Numbered from the stretch's first letter, positions 1 to 10,665 are shown. The stretch is DNA of 64,000 nt from Candidatus Marinacidobacterales bacterium (GCA_965224085.1 CBDCYI010000011.1:704001-768000); one strand, 5' to 3'. Notes: generated from the letters alone by a model not told the origin. Program-made: numbers and translations.

Positions 1-611
1 CGATGCATGTCCGGCGTCACGACCAGCCAGCGAAGCCACCGGTCCACGTTCACCGGAAGTCGAAGGTTACTGTGGTTGAATATCGCGGTGGCGCTCAGAA
101 GCACTTCGAAGGCGACGACGGCGGCGGCCGAAGCGCCGAGAAGCGCCACGACCGCGAGCTTGGTGATCATGGAGAGTACCATCTCGATCGGATGAAAGCG
201 CGCGCCGGTCGTGACGTCGAAATCGAGATCGGCGTGGTGTACTTGGTGGAGTCTCCACAAAAGCGGCACGGCGTGGAACAAGATGTGCTGAAAGTAGATC
301 GCGAGGTCCATCGCCACGACCGCGATCGCGAAGAGCGCCCAAGTGGGAAGGCCGCTCGCGGGAAGAAGGCCGAATCCCGAGGCTTCCGCGAGTGCCGCGG
401 TACCTAGCGCCGCGGTCGGGAAAAGAAGCCTCAGCACGATCGTGTTCGACGCTACGAGCGCGAGATTGCTGGCCCAACGTCCGGTTTTCGCGACGGTCAG
501 CTTGCGTCGCGGGATAACGATTTCAGCGAGCGCTATCAGGGCGAAGACGAAAAAGAAAACGCCGAGTCGAATCGGCATCTCGTGATCGCGGGCCCACTCA
601 TCGAGCGGCAT
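1..611 (-). CDS. Sterol desaturase / fatty acid hydroxylase family protein (3' end runs off window)
   Basis: Not in ORF track. Manual minus-strand translation from ATG at 611 gives MPLDEWARDHEMPIRLG...YFQHILFHAVPLLWRLHQVHHADLDFDVTTGARFHPIE...FNHSN...VTPDMH, with the family His boxes. Confidence 0.9.
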   Translation of the reverse strand, partial: MPLDEWARDHEMPIRLGVFFFVFALIALAEIVIPRRKLTVAKTGRWASNLALVASNTIVLRLLFPTAALGTAALAEASGFGLLPASGLPTWALFAIAVVAMDLAIYFQHILFHAVPLLWRLHQVHHADLDFDVTTGARFHPIEMVLSMITKLAVVALLGASAAAVVAFEVLLSATAIFNHSNLRLPVNVDRWLRWLVVTPDMH

Positions 612-662
612 CAATGTCGATCTCTCGCGAAGCGCTGTCGCGCCGCGGTTCGTCGGACTAGA

Positions 663-2352
663 CTAGTTCCTGTCCAGAAACACCATAACTTGTGGTGTAC
701 GAGAGGCCTATCGAAGATGTGGGTATTATACGTTTTCAGTCGGCACCTCGTAGGCTCGGAAGCGAATGAAAATCTTGGACGAAACGAGAGGCGAATCGTC
801 AGCAATCCATGGCTATAAACGCAGTAAGAGCAATCATTATTATCGTAATAGGTGCCTTGCCATTACCAACAGGTTGCAGGTGATGATGGAACTCCATACG
901 TAGGATTTGAAAGAAGGCAATGAGCGCCATGTGCATCGGTCGAGACCAAAGACTCGTTTCAAGAACGAAATGACGCCTTCGATTCCGCAGCGAAATCGCC
1001 GTAGGCGTTGATAGACCCAGGAACTCTTGACCATATCGGTCACCGCGAAGTGAGCCTTGGTAAAGGCAACATCTTCAACTCCCTTGCCTTTGATGGCTTC
1101 CAAGTTTGCCTTTGAAGAAAACGCGCCATCGTAGGCAACCTGGCGCGGGGCCCGTTCGTAGAGTTCGACTTGACGGTCGATCATGGTTTCCGCGAGAGTT
1201 GAATCGGACGGATTCCCATCCAAGATCACGCAATCCAAAATCATCGAGGACGAGCCACCAGTCAAACACACCTTGTGACCGTAGAGAGTCTCGCGCCGGT
1301 CTTTGCGAATAATGTCGGTGTGTTCTTCGAAGATCGAAACGACCTTTTCCTCCGCAGGCACACGCTCTTCATCAATCACTCTACGCCGAGTTTGGTTGAT
1401 GACTTTTTCGGTGAGGACGAGAAAGTGCTTAAAATCCGCGGCGATCTTCTCCGCACTCGCTCGCTTCACCGGCTCGGTCAAGCCGGACTCGTCCAACTGG
1501 TCTGCAACGCGTTGAGCGGAGCGATAGGTTTCTTCCGACACCTTCAGTAGATCTCGATAGACGCGACGCCTTTGTTCCTTATCCTTCGCGTTTAGAACTC
1601 CCAGTCGACGTCTCTTCGCTTGACGCGTTCGATTGCCGAAGACCACTACTGTACCCAGCAGTTCGCGAGTTCGGCACATGAGGCGAGTGAGAACTCGGAC
1701 GCAGTCATAAAGAAGCTCGGAGTCCGTAGGAGAATGAATATTCGACTCCACTACCGTGCAGTCCACTCGTACTTTTCTTCCTTTTTCGATCGCGGTCTTC
1801 TCGGCAACACTCACCAACTCTCGGTTGATTTTCTCCAGCGTTTCGAACTTCACGGCTTTGATGTTTGCTGCTAGGGTCGACTTCGACGGGCTCGGCTCTA
1901 TGATGCCGAGCTGGCAAAACGTCCGATAGCTTCGAGAGTCTGCCAAGTGAAACGCCAGCTCCCGATAGGTGAACTGATTCAGCTGCTTGACCAACAACGC
2001 CCGGAGAACCTGCTCCGCGCTCATTCCCCCACGACCAACATCGCTCCCTGCCGATGGGGTGACCGACCTCAGGTCTTGCAGTACCAGCTCATTCAGCTTA
2101 GGATGGGCATCGAGCAGCGATGATATCGTTTCGAGCTCGCGTGCGTGCTCCAGCTCCAGCCAGGGCTCGCGAAGGCTTGGTTGTGGGTTGATCGTTTTTC
2201 GCATTTAGGGCTGGTCTCCTTTGGAGTTAAGTCGTTTAGAATCTGCGTTTTTGTCGACTCGATACTAAACGACACTCCCTCAGAAGGCTAGCCCTAAATT
2301 TGCGATTACCCCTTTTTTCTCAACCTCTTACACCTGTCAGGACGGGTACTAG
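663..2352 (-). mobile_element. ISNCY/IS5-like insertion sequence
   Basis: Imperfect terminal IRs CTAGTTCCTGTCCAGAAA (from 663) and, as reverse complement, CTAGTACCCGTCCTGACA (ending 2352). ACTAGACTAGTT is directly repeated at 657-668 and 2348-2359, so the exact IR/TSD boundary is ambiguous. Confidence 0.8.
840..2204 (-). CDS. ISNCY-family DDE transposase
   Basis: 454 aa; RVDCTVVESNIH, YGHK, AYDGAF and RFRCGIEGVIS motifs. Confidence 0.9.
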   Translation of the reverse strand: MRKTINPQPSLREPWLELEHARELETISSLLDAHPKLNELVLQDLRSVTPSAGSDVGRGGMSAEQVLRALLVKQLNQFTYRELAFHLADSRSYRTFCQLGIIEPSPSKSTLAANIKAVKFETLEKINRELVSVAEKTAIEKGRKVRVDCTVVESNIHSPTDSELLYDCVRVLTRLMCRTRELLGTVVVFGNRTRQAKRRRLGVLNAKDKEQRRRVYRDLLKVSEETYRSAQRVADQLDESGLTEPVKRASAEKIAADFKHFLVLTEKVINQTRRRVIDEERVPAEEKVVSIFEEHTDIIRKDRRETLYGHKVCLTGGSSSMILDCVILDGNPSDSTLAETMIDRQVELYERAPRQVAYDGAFSSKANLEAIKGKGVEDVAFTKAHFAVTDMVKSSWVYQRLRRFRCGIEGVISFLKRVFGLDRCTWRSLPSFKSYVWSSIITCNLLVMARHLLR

Positions 2353-2420
2353 ACTAGTTGCGAATCGGTGCTCGCTGCGGAATAGTTTCCGAGGCCCACC
2401 GTCTTCGTTACTGTTTCGGG

Positions 2421-2933
2421 TTACTCTTCCGGGTATCGCTCGAAAAGCGTCGTCACGGCCGCGTTAATCTGCTTTTCCGCTTTGTCCGGTGTTTCGAGAG
2501 GGTAGGTCCGCTTCGCGTGCCACACGAGAAAGTTCGATTCGGCTTCGACGAGCTCGATACTGAAATTCGCGAGCTTCTCGCGGTTGAAATCGATCTGCAC
2601 CGAGGAGTTGGCGTCGTCCCAAACGGAACGCTGTTGGGAGGCGCGGCCTTGGACGCGTTCAACGAGCTCCACGCGGTACTGGATGCGCACATCCGGCCGC
2701 ACGGTGTCGGGTCGATAGCCCAGCTCTTTCAACGACTTCTGAACGGCGTTTACGATTCGCAAGTGGTTGGCCATGTTCTCGAGCGGCACCTGCTTCTTGT
2801 TCCAGGCATAGGTCTTGTAGTTCGAGAGGTCGGTAAGGTCTAGCTCGTCGAGATTAGGAAGTTGTGGTAGCTCCGGTTTCTGGGCCGTCTGGACGAACAA
2901 CGTAGCCGCGAGTGCGAGAACGGGACCGATCAT
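2421..2933 (-). CDS. DUF4136-like exported protein
   Basis: Signal peptide; DLSNYKTYAW motif; C-terminal INAAV..LFERYP; GGAGGA RBS before ATG 2933. Confidence 0.7.
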   Translation of the reverse strand: MIGPVLALAATLFVQTAQKPELPQLPNLDELDLTDLSNYKTYAWNKKQVPLENMANHLRIVNAVQKSLKELGYRPDTVRPDVRIQYRVELVERVQGRASQQRSVWDDANSSVQIDFNREKLANFSIELVEAESNFLVWHAKRTYPLETPDKAEKQINAAVTTLFERYPEE

Positions 2934-2996
2934 CAATTCCTCCAGCACACAGTTTCTCTAATAAGGTGAATCGTTGTCAACTGTACGGACGGCTCG

Positions 2997-3023
2997 ATTG
3001 TATGCATCTAATGAATTGTGTCC
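2997..3023. promoter_or_regulatory. Possible MocR-family operator (two ATTGT repeats) in divergent intergenic region
   Basis: ATTGTATGC at 2997 and ATTGTGTCC at 3015 in an AT-rich spacer upstream of the MocR regulator. Confidence 0.25.
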
Positions 3024-3103
3024 ATGTGACTGAAAACAAGCCTATTAGAAGATCTATGCTATATACCCTTGAGAGGTACTGGAGCTAATGTTACGGTGCA
3101 ACC

Positions 3104-4486
3104 ATGACAATGTGGCGACCTTCCTTGACGGATTCCGAAACGCCTCTCTATCTTTCGATCGCGAACGCGCTCGCGGAGGACATCACCAGCGGGCTGTTAC
3201 AGGAAGGCGTGCGGCTCCCCCCGCAAAGGGAGCTTGCTGACGAGCTCCACGTGGCGTTGACGACGGTCACCCGCGCGTATACCGAAGCCGAAAGGCGTGG
3301 TCTCGTGAGCGGCGAGGTCGGGCGCGGAACGTTCGTGCGCCAGCAGGAGACTTTTCATCTGCGGCGAACGGAGCCTGAGCCCACCGCCATCGACTTGACG
3401 ACCAACAGCTTGCTGCCTTATCCGAAAGGCAAAGCGCTCGCCGAGAGCATGGCGCGGGTTCTGGCGAAGGGCGACCCGTGGGCGGCGCTCGACTATCAAC
3501 CTCATTACGGCACATGCCGTCAGCGCGAAGCCGGCGCGCGGCTTCTCGAGCGCGTCGGGCTCGATGCTGCCGCGGAGTGCGTGGTCGTGACGAGCGGCGC
3601 CCAGCATGCTATGGCGATGGTGTTCTCGGCTTTGACGAATCCCGGCGACACGGTGCTCACGGGCGAGCTCACCTATAGCGGGATGAAATCGCTCGCGAAT
3701 TTCCTGCACATCCGGCTGCGAGGTCTCGCGATGGACGAAGAAGGCATCCGCGCCGACGCGCTCGAAGCGGCTTGCGCGACGACGGACGCGAAGGCGCTCT
3801 ATTGCATGCCGACGCTCCAGAACCCTACCGCCGCGGTGATGTCGGAGCGGCGCCGCCAGGAGATTGCCGCGGTCGCAGAGTCCTATGGCCTCGCTGTCGT
3901 CGAGGATGACAGCTACGGGTTTCTTCTGCCCGAGGTCAAAGCTCTCGGCGCCTATGCAATAACGAAGAAGAACTTCTTCTACCTCACCGGCACATCGAAG
4001 AGCCTCGCGCCCGGCCTTCGCATCGGGTTTCTTCTGTCGCCGGGAGAGATGGTCGATCGGCTCGCCGCGGCGATTTCGGCGACGACGTTCATCGCCTCTC
4101 CGGTAACAGCGGAGGTCGTCACAGCATGGATCGAGGACGGGACGGCCGATCAAGTGATGGAGTGGAAGCGCGGCGAGGTGCGCCATCGCCAGAAGCTCGC
4201 AAAAAAGCTCTTCAAGAATGTCGACTACCGCGCGCATGCGGCGAGCCCTCATGGGGGGCTCACGCTCCCCGAGCCCTGGTGCGTACGTGACTTCGTATCC
4301 CAGGCGCGAATGCGCGGTGTCATCATCTCGCCAGCGGAAGACTTCGTCGCGGCCCGCTCGACCAATGCGCATGCCGTACGCCTTTGCCTCGGACCAGTGC
4401 GCCAAGCCGGCCGGCTGGAACGGGCTCTCGAGACGCTCGTCGAGATTCTCGAAAGCCCGCCCGAGCCGTGCCGCGCGATGATATAG
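3104..4486 (+). CDS. MocR/GntR-family regulator with PLP-dependent aminotransferase domain
   Basis: N-terminal wHTH (RLPPQRELA...GEVGRGTFV); LQNPT, VEDDSY and SKSLAPGLRIG motifs. Confidence 0.93.
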   Translation: MTMWRPSLTDSETPLYLSIANALAEDITSGLLQEGVRLPPQRELADELHVALTTVTRAYTEAERRGLVSGEVGRGTFVRQQETFHLRRTEPEPTAIDLTTNSLLPYPKGKALAESMARVLAKGDPWAALDYQPHYGTCRQREAGARLLERVGLDAAAECVVVTSGAQHAMAMVFSALTNPGDTVLTGELTYSGMKSLANFLHIRLRGLAMDEEGIRADALEAACATTDAKALYCMPTLQNPTAAVMSERRRQEIAAVAESYGLAVVEDDSYGFLLPEVKALGAYAITKKNFFYLTGTSKSLAPGLRIGFLLSPGEMVDRLAAAISATTFIASPVTAEVVTAWIEDGTADQVMEWKRGEVRHRQKLAKKLFKNVDYRAHAASPHGGLTLPEPWCVRDFVSQARMRGVIISPAEDFVAARSTNAHAVRLCLGPVRQAGRLERALETLVEILESPPEPCRAMI

Positions 4487-4637
4487 AACTACGAATAGAC
4501 GCTCGAAAGGATCAATATTACGAAAAAAACTACTATTGATCTCTTGTAGGCCTCCAATTTCGTGCCCTCGAATTCTATCTTGCTGTTCTCCAGCTTCTAG
4601 GCTAGTGTTCCGCATCGATCCTCGAGAGGAGAGAGCG

Positions 4638-6209
4638 ATGCTTTTTCGAAGTCCCCATGCCGACGTTTCTATCCCGAGTCAGCCGCTCACCGACTTCGTT
4701 TTGGAGCCGGCTGCGAAGTGGGCTGACAAGCCTGCCCTCATCGACGGGCCGAGCGGTCGAACCCTGACTTTCAGAGCACTCGGCGATGCGATCCAAAAAG
4801 CTGCCAAGGGCTTCTCCGACAAGGGTATGAAAAAAAGTGAGGTGCTCGCGATTTACAGCCCGAACTTGCCGGAATACGCGGTCGCGTTTCACGGGGTCTC
4901 CGTGATCGGCGGCGTGAGCACGACGATCAACCCGCTTTATACGCCCGAAGAGCTTGCCCGCCAGCTAAACGACAGCGAGGCGCGGTTCCTGCTCACGGTG
5001 CCGCCGTTTCTCGACAAGGCCAAAGCCGCGACGAAGGAATCCGGCGTCGAGGAGATCTTCGTCTTCGGGGAAGCCGAAGGCGCGACGCCGTTCGCTTCGC
5101 TACTCGACAATGACGGGGATGCACCCCGAGTTGATATCGCTCCCGAAGACCTCGTCACGCTTCCTTATTCGAGCGGGACGACCGGGCTCCAAAAAGGCGT
5201 CATGCTCACGCATCGGAACCTCGTGGCGAACCTCACGCAAACCGAGGCCACCTTCGGCGACGGACTGGGCGAGGAGGACGTCGCTATCGGCATCCTCCCG
5301 TTTTTTCACATTTACGGCATGGTCCTGATCATGAACCTGGCGCTTCACCCAGGCTGCACGGTGGTGACGATGCCCAAGTTCGATCTCGAGGAGTTTCTCG
5401 GTTTGATGCAGAAATACAAAGTCACGACAGCGCATCTCGTGCCGCCCATCGTGCTCGCGCTCGCGAAACATCCCGTCGTCGACCAATACGATTTGTCCTC
5501 GCTGCGGTGGCTCATGTCCGGCGCCGCGCCGCTCGGAAAGGACGTGACCGAGGCCTGTTCCAAGCGGCTCGACTGTTTCGTCTTGCAGGGCTACGGTCTT
5601 ACGGAAACGAGCCCAGTCTCGCATTGCAACCCGCCCGACCCGGAGAAGATCAAGGTCGGCTCCGTCGGGCCTTGTATCCCAGGCACAGATTGCAAAATCG
5701 TCGACCCGGGCACCGGAGAGGAGCTTGGACCGAACGAGGAAGGTGAAATTTGGATCCGCGGGCCGCAGGTGATGAAGGGCTATCTCAACAAGCCGAACGC
5801 GACCACGGAGTGCATCGACGCCGACGGCTTCTTCCACAGTGGGGATATCGGCTATGCCGACGAAGACGGCTATTTCTTCATCGTGGACCGGCTGAAAGAG
5901 CTTATCAAGTACAAAGGGATGCAAGTCGCTCCCGCTGAGCTCGAGGCGCTCCTGCTCTCGCATCCCTCGGTGAGCGATGCCGCCGTGATCCCCAAACCGG
6001 ACGAAGAAGCGGGCGAGATACCGAAGGCCTGCGTCGTCGTGCGTGAAGAGATCGATGCTCAGACGCTTCAGGATTTCATCGCGGATCGCGTGGCTCCTCA
6101 CAAGAAAATCCGCGAGATCGAGTTCGTCGACCAGATCCCCAAATCGCCTTCGGGTAAGATCCTGAGGCGCAAGCTCGTCGAGCGGGAGCGTCTGAAGGCC
6201 GCGCCTTGA
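4638..6209 (+). CDS. 4-coumarate--CoA ligase-like AMP-binding enzyme
   Basis: PYSSGTTG, QGYGLTE, GEIWIRG, HSGDIG and PKSPSGKILR motifs; GAGGAG RBS before ATG 4638. Confidence 0.92.
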   Translation: MLFRSPHADVSIPSQPLTDFVLEPAAKWADKPALIDGPSGRTLTFRALGDAIQKAAKGFSDKGMKKSEVLAIYSPNLPEYAVAFHGVSVIGGVSTTINPLYTPEELARQLNDSEARFLLTVPPFLDKAKAATKESGVEEIFVFGEAEGATPFASLLDNDGDAPRVDIAPEDLVTLPYSSGTTGLQKGVMLTHRNLVANLTQTEATFGDGLGEEDVAIGILPFFHIYGMVLIMNLALHPGCTVVTMPKFDLEEFLGLMQKYKVTTAHLVPPIVLALAKHPVVDQYDLSSLRWLMSGAAPLGKDVTEACSKRLDCFVLQGYGLTETSPVSHCNPPDPEKIKVGSVGPCIPGTDCKIVDPGTGEELGPNEEGEIWIRGPQVMKGYLNKPNATTECIDADGFFHSGDIGYADEDGYFFIVDRLKELIKYKGMQVAPAELEALLLSHPSVSDAAVIPKPDEEAGEIPKACVVVREEIDAQTLQDFIADRVAPHKKIREIEFVDQIPKSPSGKILRRKLVERERLKAAP

Positions 6210-7372
6210 GGCTTCGGCTCACGTCGGAGGAAGAGGCGTTCCGCACGCGAGTCCGTGCGTTCATCGACGAAAACCTTCCCGCGGATATTCGCGCGCGCGT
6301 CGAAGGCAGTCAGAAACTCCGCCGCGACGACTTCGTTCGTTGGCACAAGACTCTCTATGAGCAAGGATGGATCGCTCCCCATTGGCCGAAGGAGTACGGG
6401 GGAACTGGATGGACACCCGTAGAGCGCTATCTCTTCGAAGAAGAGCTCGGGGCTGCGTCGGCGCCTTACTTGATTCGTTTTGGTCTTCTCATGGTGGGGC
6501 CGGTCATCATGACCTTCGGAAACCATGAGCAAAAGAAGCGTTATTTGCCCCGCATCCTTTCGAGCGACGATTGGTGGTGCCAAGGCTATTCCGAGCCGGG
6601 CTCGGGCTCCGACTTGGCCTCGTTGCAGACGCGCGCCGTGCTCGAAGACGATCACTACGTCGTCAATGGGCACAAGACTTGGGTCACTCTTGCCCAGCAT
6701 GCGAACCGAATGTTCTTTCTCGGCCGCACGAGCGATGTGGGTAAGAATCAAGACGGCATCTCGTTTTTTCTCGTCGACATGGAGACAGCGGGCATCAGCG
6801 TGCGCCCGATCACCACGTTCGACGGCGGCAACGAAATCAACGACGTGATCTTCGAGGACGTCCGCGTCCCGCGTGAGAACCTCGTAGGCGAGGAAGGGAA
6901 GGGCTGGACCTATGCGAAATTCCTTCTCGGCCACGAGCGAACCGGCATCGCGCACATAGGAAGCTTGAAGCGCTGGCTCGGGAAAGTTCGATCTATCGCG
7001 CCGAAGGAGCCGTCGTTCGGGCGCAAGCTTGCCGGTGTCGAAGTCGAGCTGCTCGCGCTCGAATCCATCGTCTTGAAAGTGCTCGCGGAAGAAACGGCAG
7101 GCCACCCGCCGGGACCGGAGGCGTCGCTCTTGAAGATCCGAGCTTCGGAACTCCAACAGACGTTGACGGAGCTCATGTTCGACGCAGCCGGCTATTACGC
7201 CGGGCCCTACTTGCCCAAAGCACTCGAGAACGGTTTCGCCGAAGAGAATTTCGGTCCTTCTCATGCACCTGCGATAGCCCCTCTTTATTTCAATTGGCGC
7301 AAGGCCTCCATCTATGCGGGGTCGAACGAGATTCAAAAGAACATCATCGCGAAGATGGTGCTCGGTCTATGA
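6206..7372 (+). CDS. Acyl-CoA dehydrogenase (PimC-like large subunit)
   Basis: WCQGYSEPGSGSDLASL and SIYAGSNEIQKNII motifs; TTGA overlap with the upstream gene. Confidence 0.9.
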   Translation: MRLRLTSEEEAFRTRVRAFIDENLPADIRARVEGSQKLRRDDFVRWHKTLYEQGWIAPHWPKEYGGTGWTPVERYLFEEELGAASAPYLIRFGLLMVGPVIMTFGNHEQKKRYLPRILSSDDWWCQGYSEPGSGSDLASLQTRAVLEDDHYVVNGHKTWVTLAQHANRMFFLGRTSDVGKNQDGISFFLVDMETAGISVRPITTFDGGNEINDVIFEDVRVPRENLVGEEGKGWTYAKFLLGHERTGIAHIGSLKRWLGKVRSIAPKEPSFGRKLAGVEVELLALESIVLKVLAEETAGHPPGPEASLLKIRASELQQTLTELMFDAAGYYAGPYLPKALENGFAEENFGPSHAPAIAPLYFNWRKASIYAGSNEIQKNIIAKMVLGL

Positions 7373-7406
7373 GCAGCGAGTGGGACCTCGGTCTTTGAGC
7401 GGCGAG

Positions 7407-8516
7407 ATGGACTTCACGCTGAACGAAGAGCAAAAGCTCCTCAAAGAAAGTGTCGACCGGTTCGTGCGGGAGGCCTACACTTTCGACCGTCGGCAGGCGC
7501 TCGTGGCGAGCGAGCTCGGTTTCAGCCGCGAGCATTGGAAGCAGTTCGCGGAGCTCGGCTGGCTCGGGCTCGGTTTTGCGGAAGAACATGGCGGCCTGGG
7601 AGGCTCGGCTCTCGGTAGCGCCGTGCTAATGGAGGCCTTCGGCCGCGCTCTTCTCGTCGAGCCTTACTTCACGACGGTCGTCCTCGGTGGGAAGATTCTC
7701 GAGGCTACGGGCGGGGCGGCTCTCGTCCCGTCGATTGTGGAAGGGGAGCTGCTCATAGCACTCGCGCACACGGAGCCCGAGTCGCGCTTCGACCTCACGG
7801 CGGTCGGGACACGGGCTGAGCCAGCGGGAAGAGGGTTTCGTCTGCAAGGCCGCAAGAGCTTCGTGCTTCAAGCGGCGACCGCGGATAAGCTCATCGTCTC
7901 CGCCCGCACCGGCGATGAAGGCGTATCGCTGTTTCTCGTGGACCGCGAGAGCGAAGGGGTCTCACTGCGCGCCTATGCGACGGTCGATGGATTGCGGGCC
8001 GCGGATATCGCGCTCGAAGACGTGTATGTAGAAGATGAAGCGCTTCTCGGCGAACGCGGCGGGGCGCTCACCGCGATCGAGCCCGTGATAGACCGCGCCA
8101 TCACGCTTCTCGCGGCGGAAGCTGTAGGGGCGATGGGTGCCCTCAATGAGGCGACGTTCGACTATCTCAAGACGCGGCGCCAGTTCGGTGTTCCCATCGG
8201 AAGTTTTCAAGCGCTGCAGCATCGGGCGGTCGACATGTTCGTGGACTACGAGCTATCACGGGCCCTCGCCTACCGCGCCGCCGCGGCGATCGAGAAACTC
8301 GAGGGCCGTGAGCGCGCGTGGGCAGCTTCTGCCGTCAAAGTGCAAATCGGGCGTGCCGGCAAACGGATCGGCAAAGAAGCCATCCAGCTTCATGGCGGGA
8401 TGGGCATGACGAACGAGCTTGCGATCGGCCACTACTTCAAGCGACTCTCAATGATCGATGTGCTCTTCGGAAACGTGGACCACCATCTCGAGCGACTCGC
8501 GACGCTCCCGCTCTAG
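7407..8516 (+). CDS. Acyl-CoA dehydrogenase (PimD-like small subunit)
   Basis: MDFTLNEEQ start; RRQFGVPIGSFQALQHR and IQLHGGMG motifs; paired with the preceding ACAD. Confidence 0.9.
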   Translation: MDFTLNEEQKLLKESVDRFVREAYTFDRRQALVASELGFSREHWKQFAELGWLGLGFAEEHGGLGGSALGSAVLMEAFGRALLVEPYFTTVVLGGKILEATGGAALVPSIVEGELLIALAHTEPESRFDLTAVGTRAEPAGRGFRLQGRKSFVLQAATADKLIVSARTGDEGVSLFLVDRESEGVSLRAYATVDGLRAADIALEDVYVEDEALLGERGGALTAIEPVIDRAITLLAAEAVGAMGALNEATFDYLKTRRQFGVPIGSFQALQHRAVDMFVDYELSRALAYRAAAAIEKLEGRERAWAASAVKVQIGRAGKRIGKEAIQLHGGMGMTNELAIGHYFKRLSMIDVLFGNVDHHLERLATLPL

Positions 8517-9850
8517 GCGGTCGGCAAAAAAATCGTAGCCGTCGTCCCTTGCCCTTCGACGCTCGAAATCTGCAACGACCCGCCAATCTCTTCGACGCTC
8601 GACTTGCTCATTGGAAGCCCGAGGCGCATGCCGATGCGATCGCCTTTACGGGTCAAACCAAAGTCGAAGATCGTTGCGAACGCGGATGACGGGATACCTT
8701 TGCCGTTATCGACAATCTCCACCACGACGCCCTCTCCTGTCTCGGCGACTTGAATCTGAATCTCGCTTTCGACGTCATCGCTATCGAGAGCCTCGACAGC
8801 GTTCTCGAGAAGGCTCAAGAAGACGCGGTTGAGCTTTGCCGGATAGCAGATGACGAGCGCGAGCTTTTCCGGATATTGCCGCACCACGCGAATCCTGCCT
8901 TCTATTCTAGGGTGCATGAGCGACAACGTGTCATCGATACCTTGACGTATGTCGAAAGGCTTACGTTCCGCCTCGTCGAGCGCGACGAAGCGTTTTAGCG
9001 TCTCGAGGGCGTCGCCGACGCGCGCAGCAGCCTGGGTCAGGCTCCTCGAGGCTTCCGTCCCGGCTTGCACTGCACGCTCGACCTGTCCTTCGCGCATCCG
9101 GTCGAAGCTCTTGGCGATGGTATCGGCCGAAGCCCGCAAGGTTCCGAGAGGCGTGTTGACCTCATGGAGAAGCCCGGCGGCCAGTCGTCCGATCGAGGCG
9201 TGCTTTTCAGACTCGACGAGCTCGCTTTGGGAGCGCTCGAGCTCCGCATAGGCCGCCTCGAGAGAGTTCTCCATGGCCGCGCCGCGACGGCGCGAATGGT
9301 GCGTGAAGGTGGCCGTAAGGAGCGCGACCGATGCGAGCGCGACCCAGTGGTAAGCGTCGACCGGTAGGCTGTCATGGATGACGAAGGGGACGATGCGATC
9401 GCCAAAGAACAAGATCCCGAAGAACGATCCAAGGGACATGACCATGAGGATCGTCGCCGTCCACCGATATTGCGGCGGGCAGAAGAGCGCGATCGCGGTC
9501 ACCGAGATGATCAAGTAGTAATGCGAGCCGGACTCTGGGCCAAAGAGCAACACCGCGAATAGGATATAGACGTTCAGCGAGGAGAACAGCCAGACGATCG
9601 CGAGCCAGTACTGTTTCAGCCGATTCAGGCTCAACGCCACCAAGTAGGCCGCGAGGATGCCGAGCGGCATCCCTATCTTTATGAGCGCCGGAAGCTCCGT
9701 ACGAAGATTCATCGCGAGATATACGATGGATATGGGCGACGCGAGGAGCATCACCGTGTTCAAGAGCACGACATAGCGGGCGAGGCGGGGCGGCGTCGCT
9801 TCTTCGACCCCGAGATGCGAGGCGCGTTGCCAGAGCTCTTTGAAAGCCAA
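8513..9850 (-). CDS. Membrane-bound sensor histidine kinase
   Basis: Multiple N-terminal TM helices; H-box LLHEVNTP, N-box LLENAVEA, G-boxes DNGKG and LGL. Confidence 0.9.
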   Translation of the reverse strand: MAFKELWQRASHLGVEEATPPRLARYVVLLNTVMLLASPISIVYLAMNLRTELPALIKIGMPLGILAAYLVALSLNRLKQYWLAIVWLFSSLNVYILFAVLLFGPESGSHYYLIISVTAIALFCPPQYRWTATILMVMSLGSFFGILFFGDRIVPFVIHDSLPVDAYHWVALASVALLTATFTHHSRRRGAAMENSLEAAYAELERSQSELVESEKHASIGRLAAGLLHEVNTPLGTLRASADTIAKSFDRMREGQVERAVQAGTEASRSLTQAAARVGDALETLKRFVALDEAERKPFDIRQGIDDTLSLMHPRIEGRIRVVRQYPEKLALVICYPAKLNRVFLSLLENAVEALDSDDVESEIQIQVAETGEGVVVEIVDNGKGIPSSAFATIFDFGLTRKGDRIGMRLGLPMSKSSVEEIGGSLQISSVEGQGTTATIFLPTA

Positions 9851-9879
9851 GTTCTTCAGGCGCGTAGTGCCCGACCCCG

Positions 9880-10659
9880 CTAGTCCTTTCCGTTTCGCTG
9901 GGAGAGGATCCAGGCTATGAGCTCCTCTTCCGCGTAGGCACGGTCCCAGGAGTTGTGGGTCACGCCGGGATATTCGGTGTATTTCACGTTACCCCCGGCT
10001 TTCTCGAGCGCCTCGGTCAGCTTACGTGATTCGGTGACGGAAACGCTGCGATCCGCGTCACCGTGAAAGGCCCAAACGGGCACGCTGCCGATGCCGTCGG
10101 CGGTCTCCGTATAAGGGTCCTCGGGCGCACGGGCGGCGGGATGCCAATTGGGGACCGGAAAGGCGCGCCTCGAAGTGACGCCGCCGCATACGGGGACGAG
10201 CGCCGCGAACTTCTTCGGATATTTGTAGCCGAAGGCCCACGTGCCATAGCCGCCCATGGAGAGTCCGGTCAAATACAGTCTCGCCGGGTCGCCATTGAAC
10301 TCTTTCATCGAGGCCTCGAGCGCTGCGAACGCTTGAGCTTCCATCGCTCTCGCTCCCCACCACGTTCGGCGGCGGCATTGCGGCATGACCACGATCGCGG
10401 GGAAATCCGGCTTTCGGCGAAGGATCTCGGGGAGGCCTTCGTCTGTCTGCCGGGCGCCGTCCGCGCCGCTCTCTCCCGCGCCGTGCAAGAAAAAGATCAC
10501 GGGCCATTTTTGGTTCGGGCTCCATCCGGACGGGACGAAGACTTGATAAAGGTAGGTGACGCCGTCGAGCTCGACGGAGCGCGAGAGAAATCCGGTTTCC
10601 TGAGGCGGTGTCCCACTGAAAAAGGCCGTCAGTAGCAAGAGCAAGAGATTCGATGGCAT
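9880..10659 (-). CDS. Secreted alpha/beta-hydrolase (predicted peptidase/esterase)
   Basis: Signal peptide; FLHGAGE, GLSMGG nucleophile, FHGDAD, HNSW. Confidence 0.88.
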   Translation of the reverse strand: MPSNLLLLLLTAFFSGTPPQETGFLSRSVELDGVTYLYQVFVPSGWSPNQKWPVIFFLHGAGESGADGARQTDEGLPEILRRKPDFPAIVVMPQCRRRTWWGARAMEAQAFAALEASMKEFNGDPARLYLTGLSMGGYGTWAFGYKYPKKFAALVPVCGGVTSRRAFPVPNWHPAARAPEDPYTETADGIGSVPVWAFHGDADRSVSVTESRKLTEALEKAGGNVKYTEYPGVTHNSWDRAYAEEELIAWILSQRNGKD

Positions 10660-10665
10660 ATTTAG

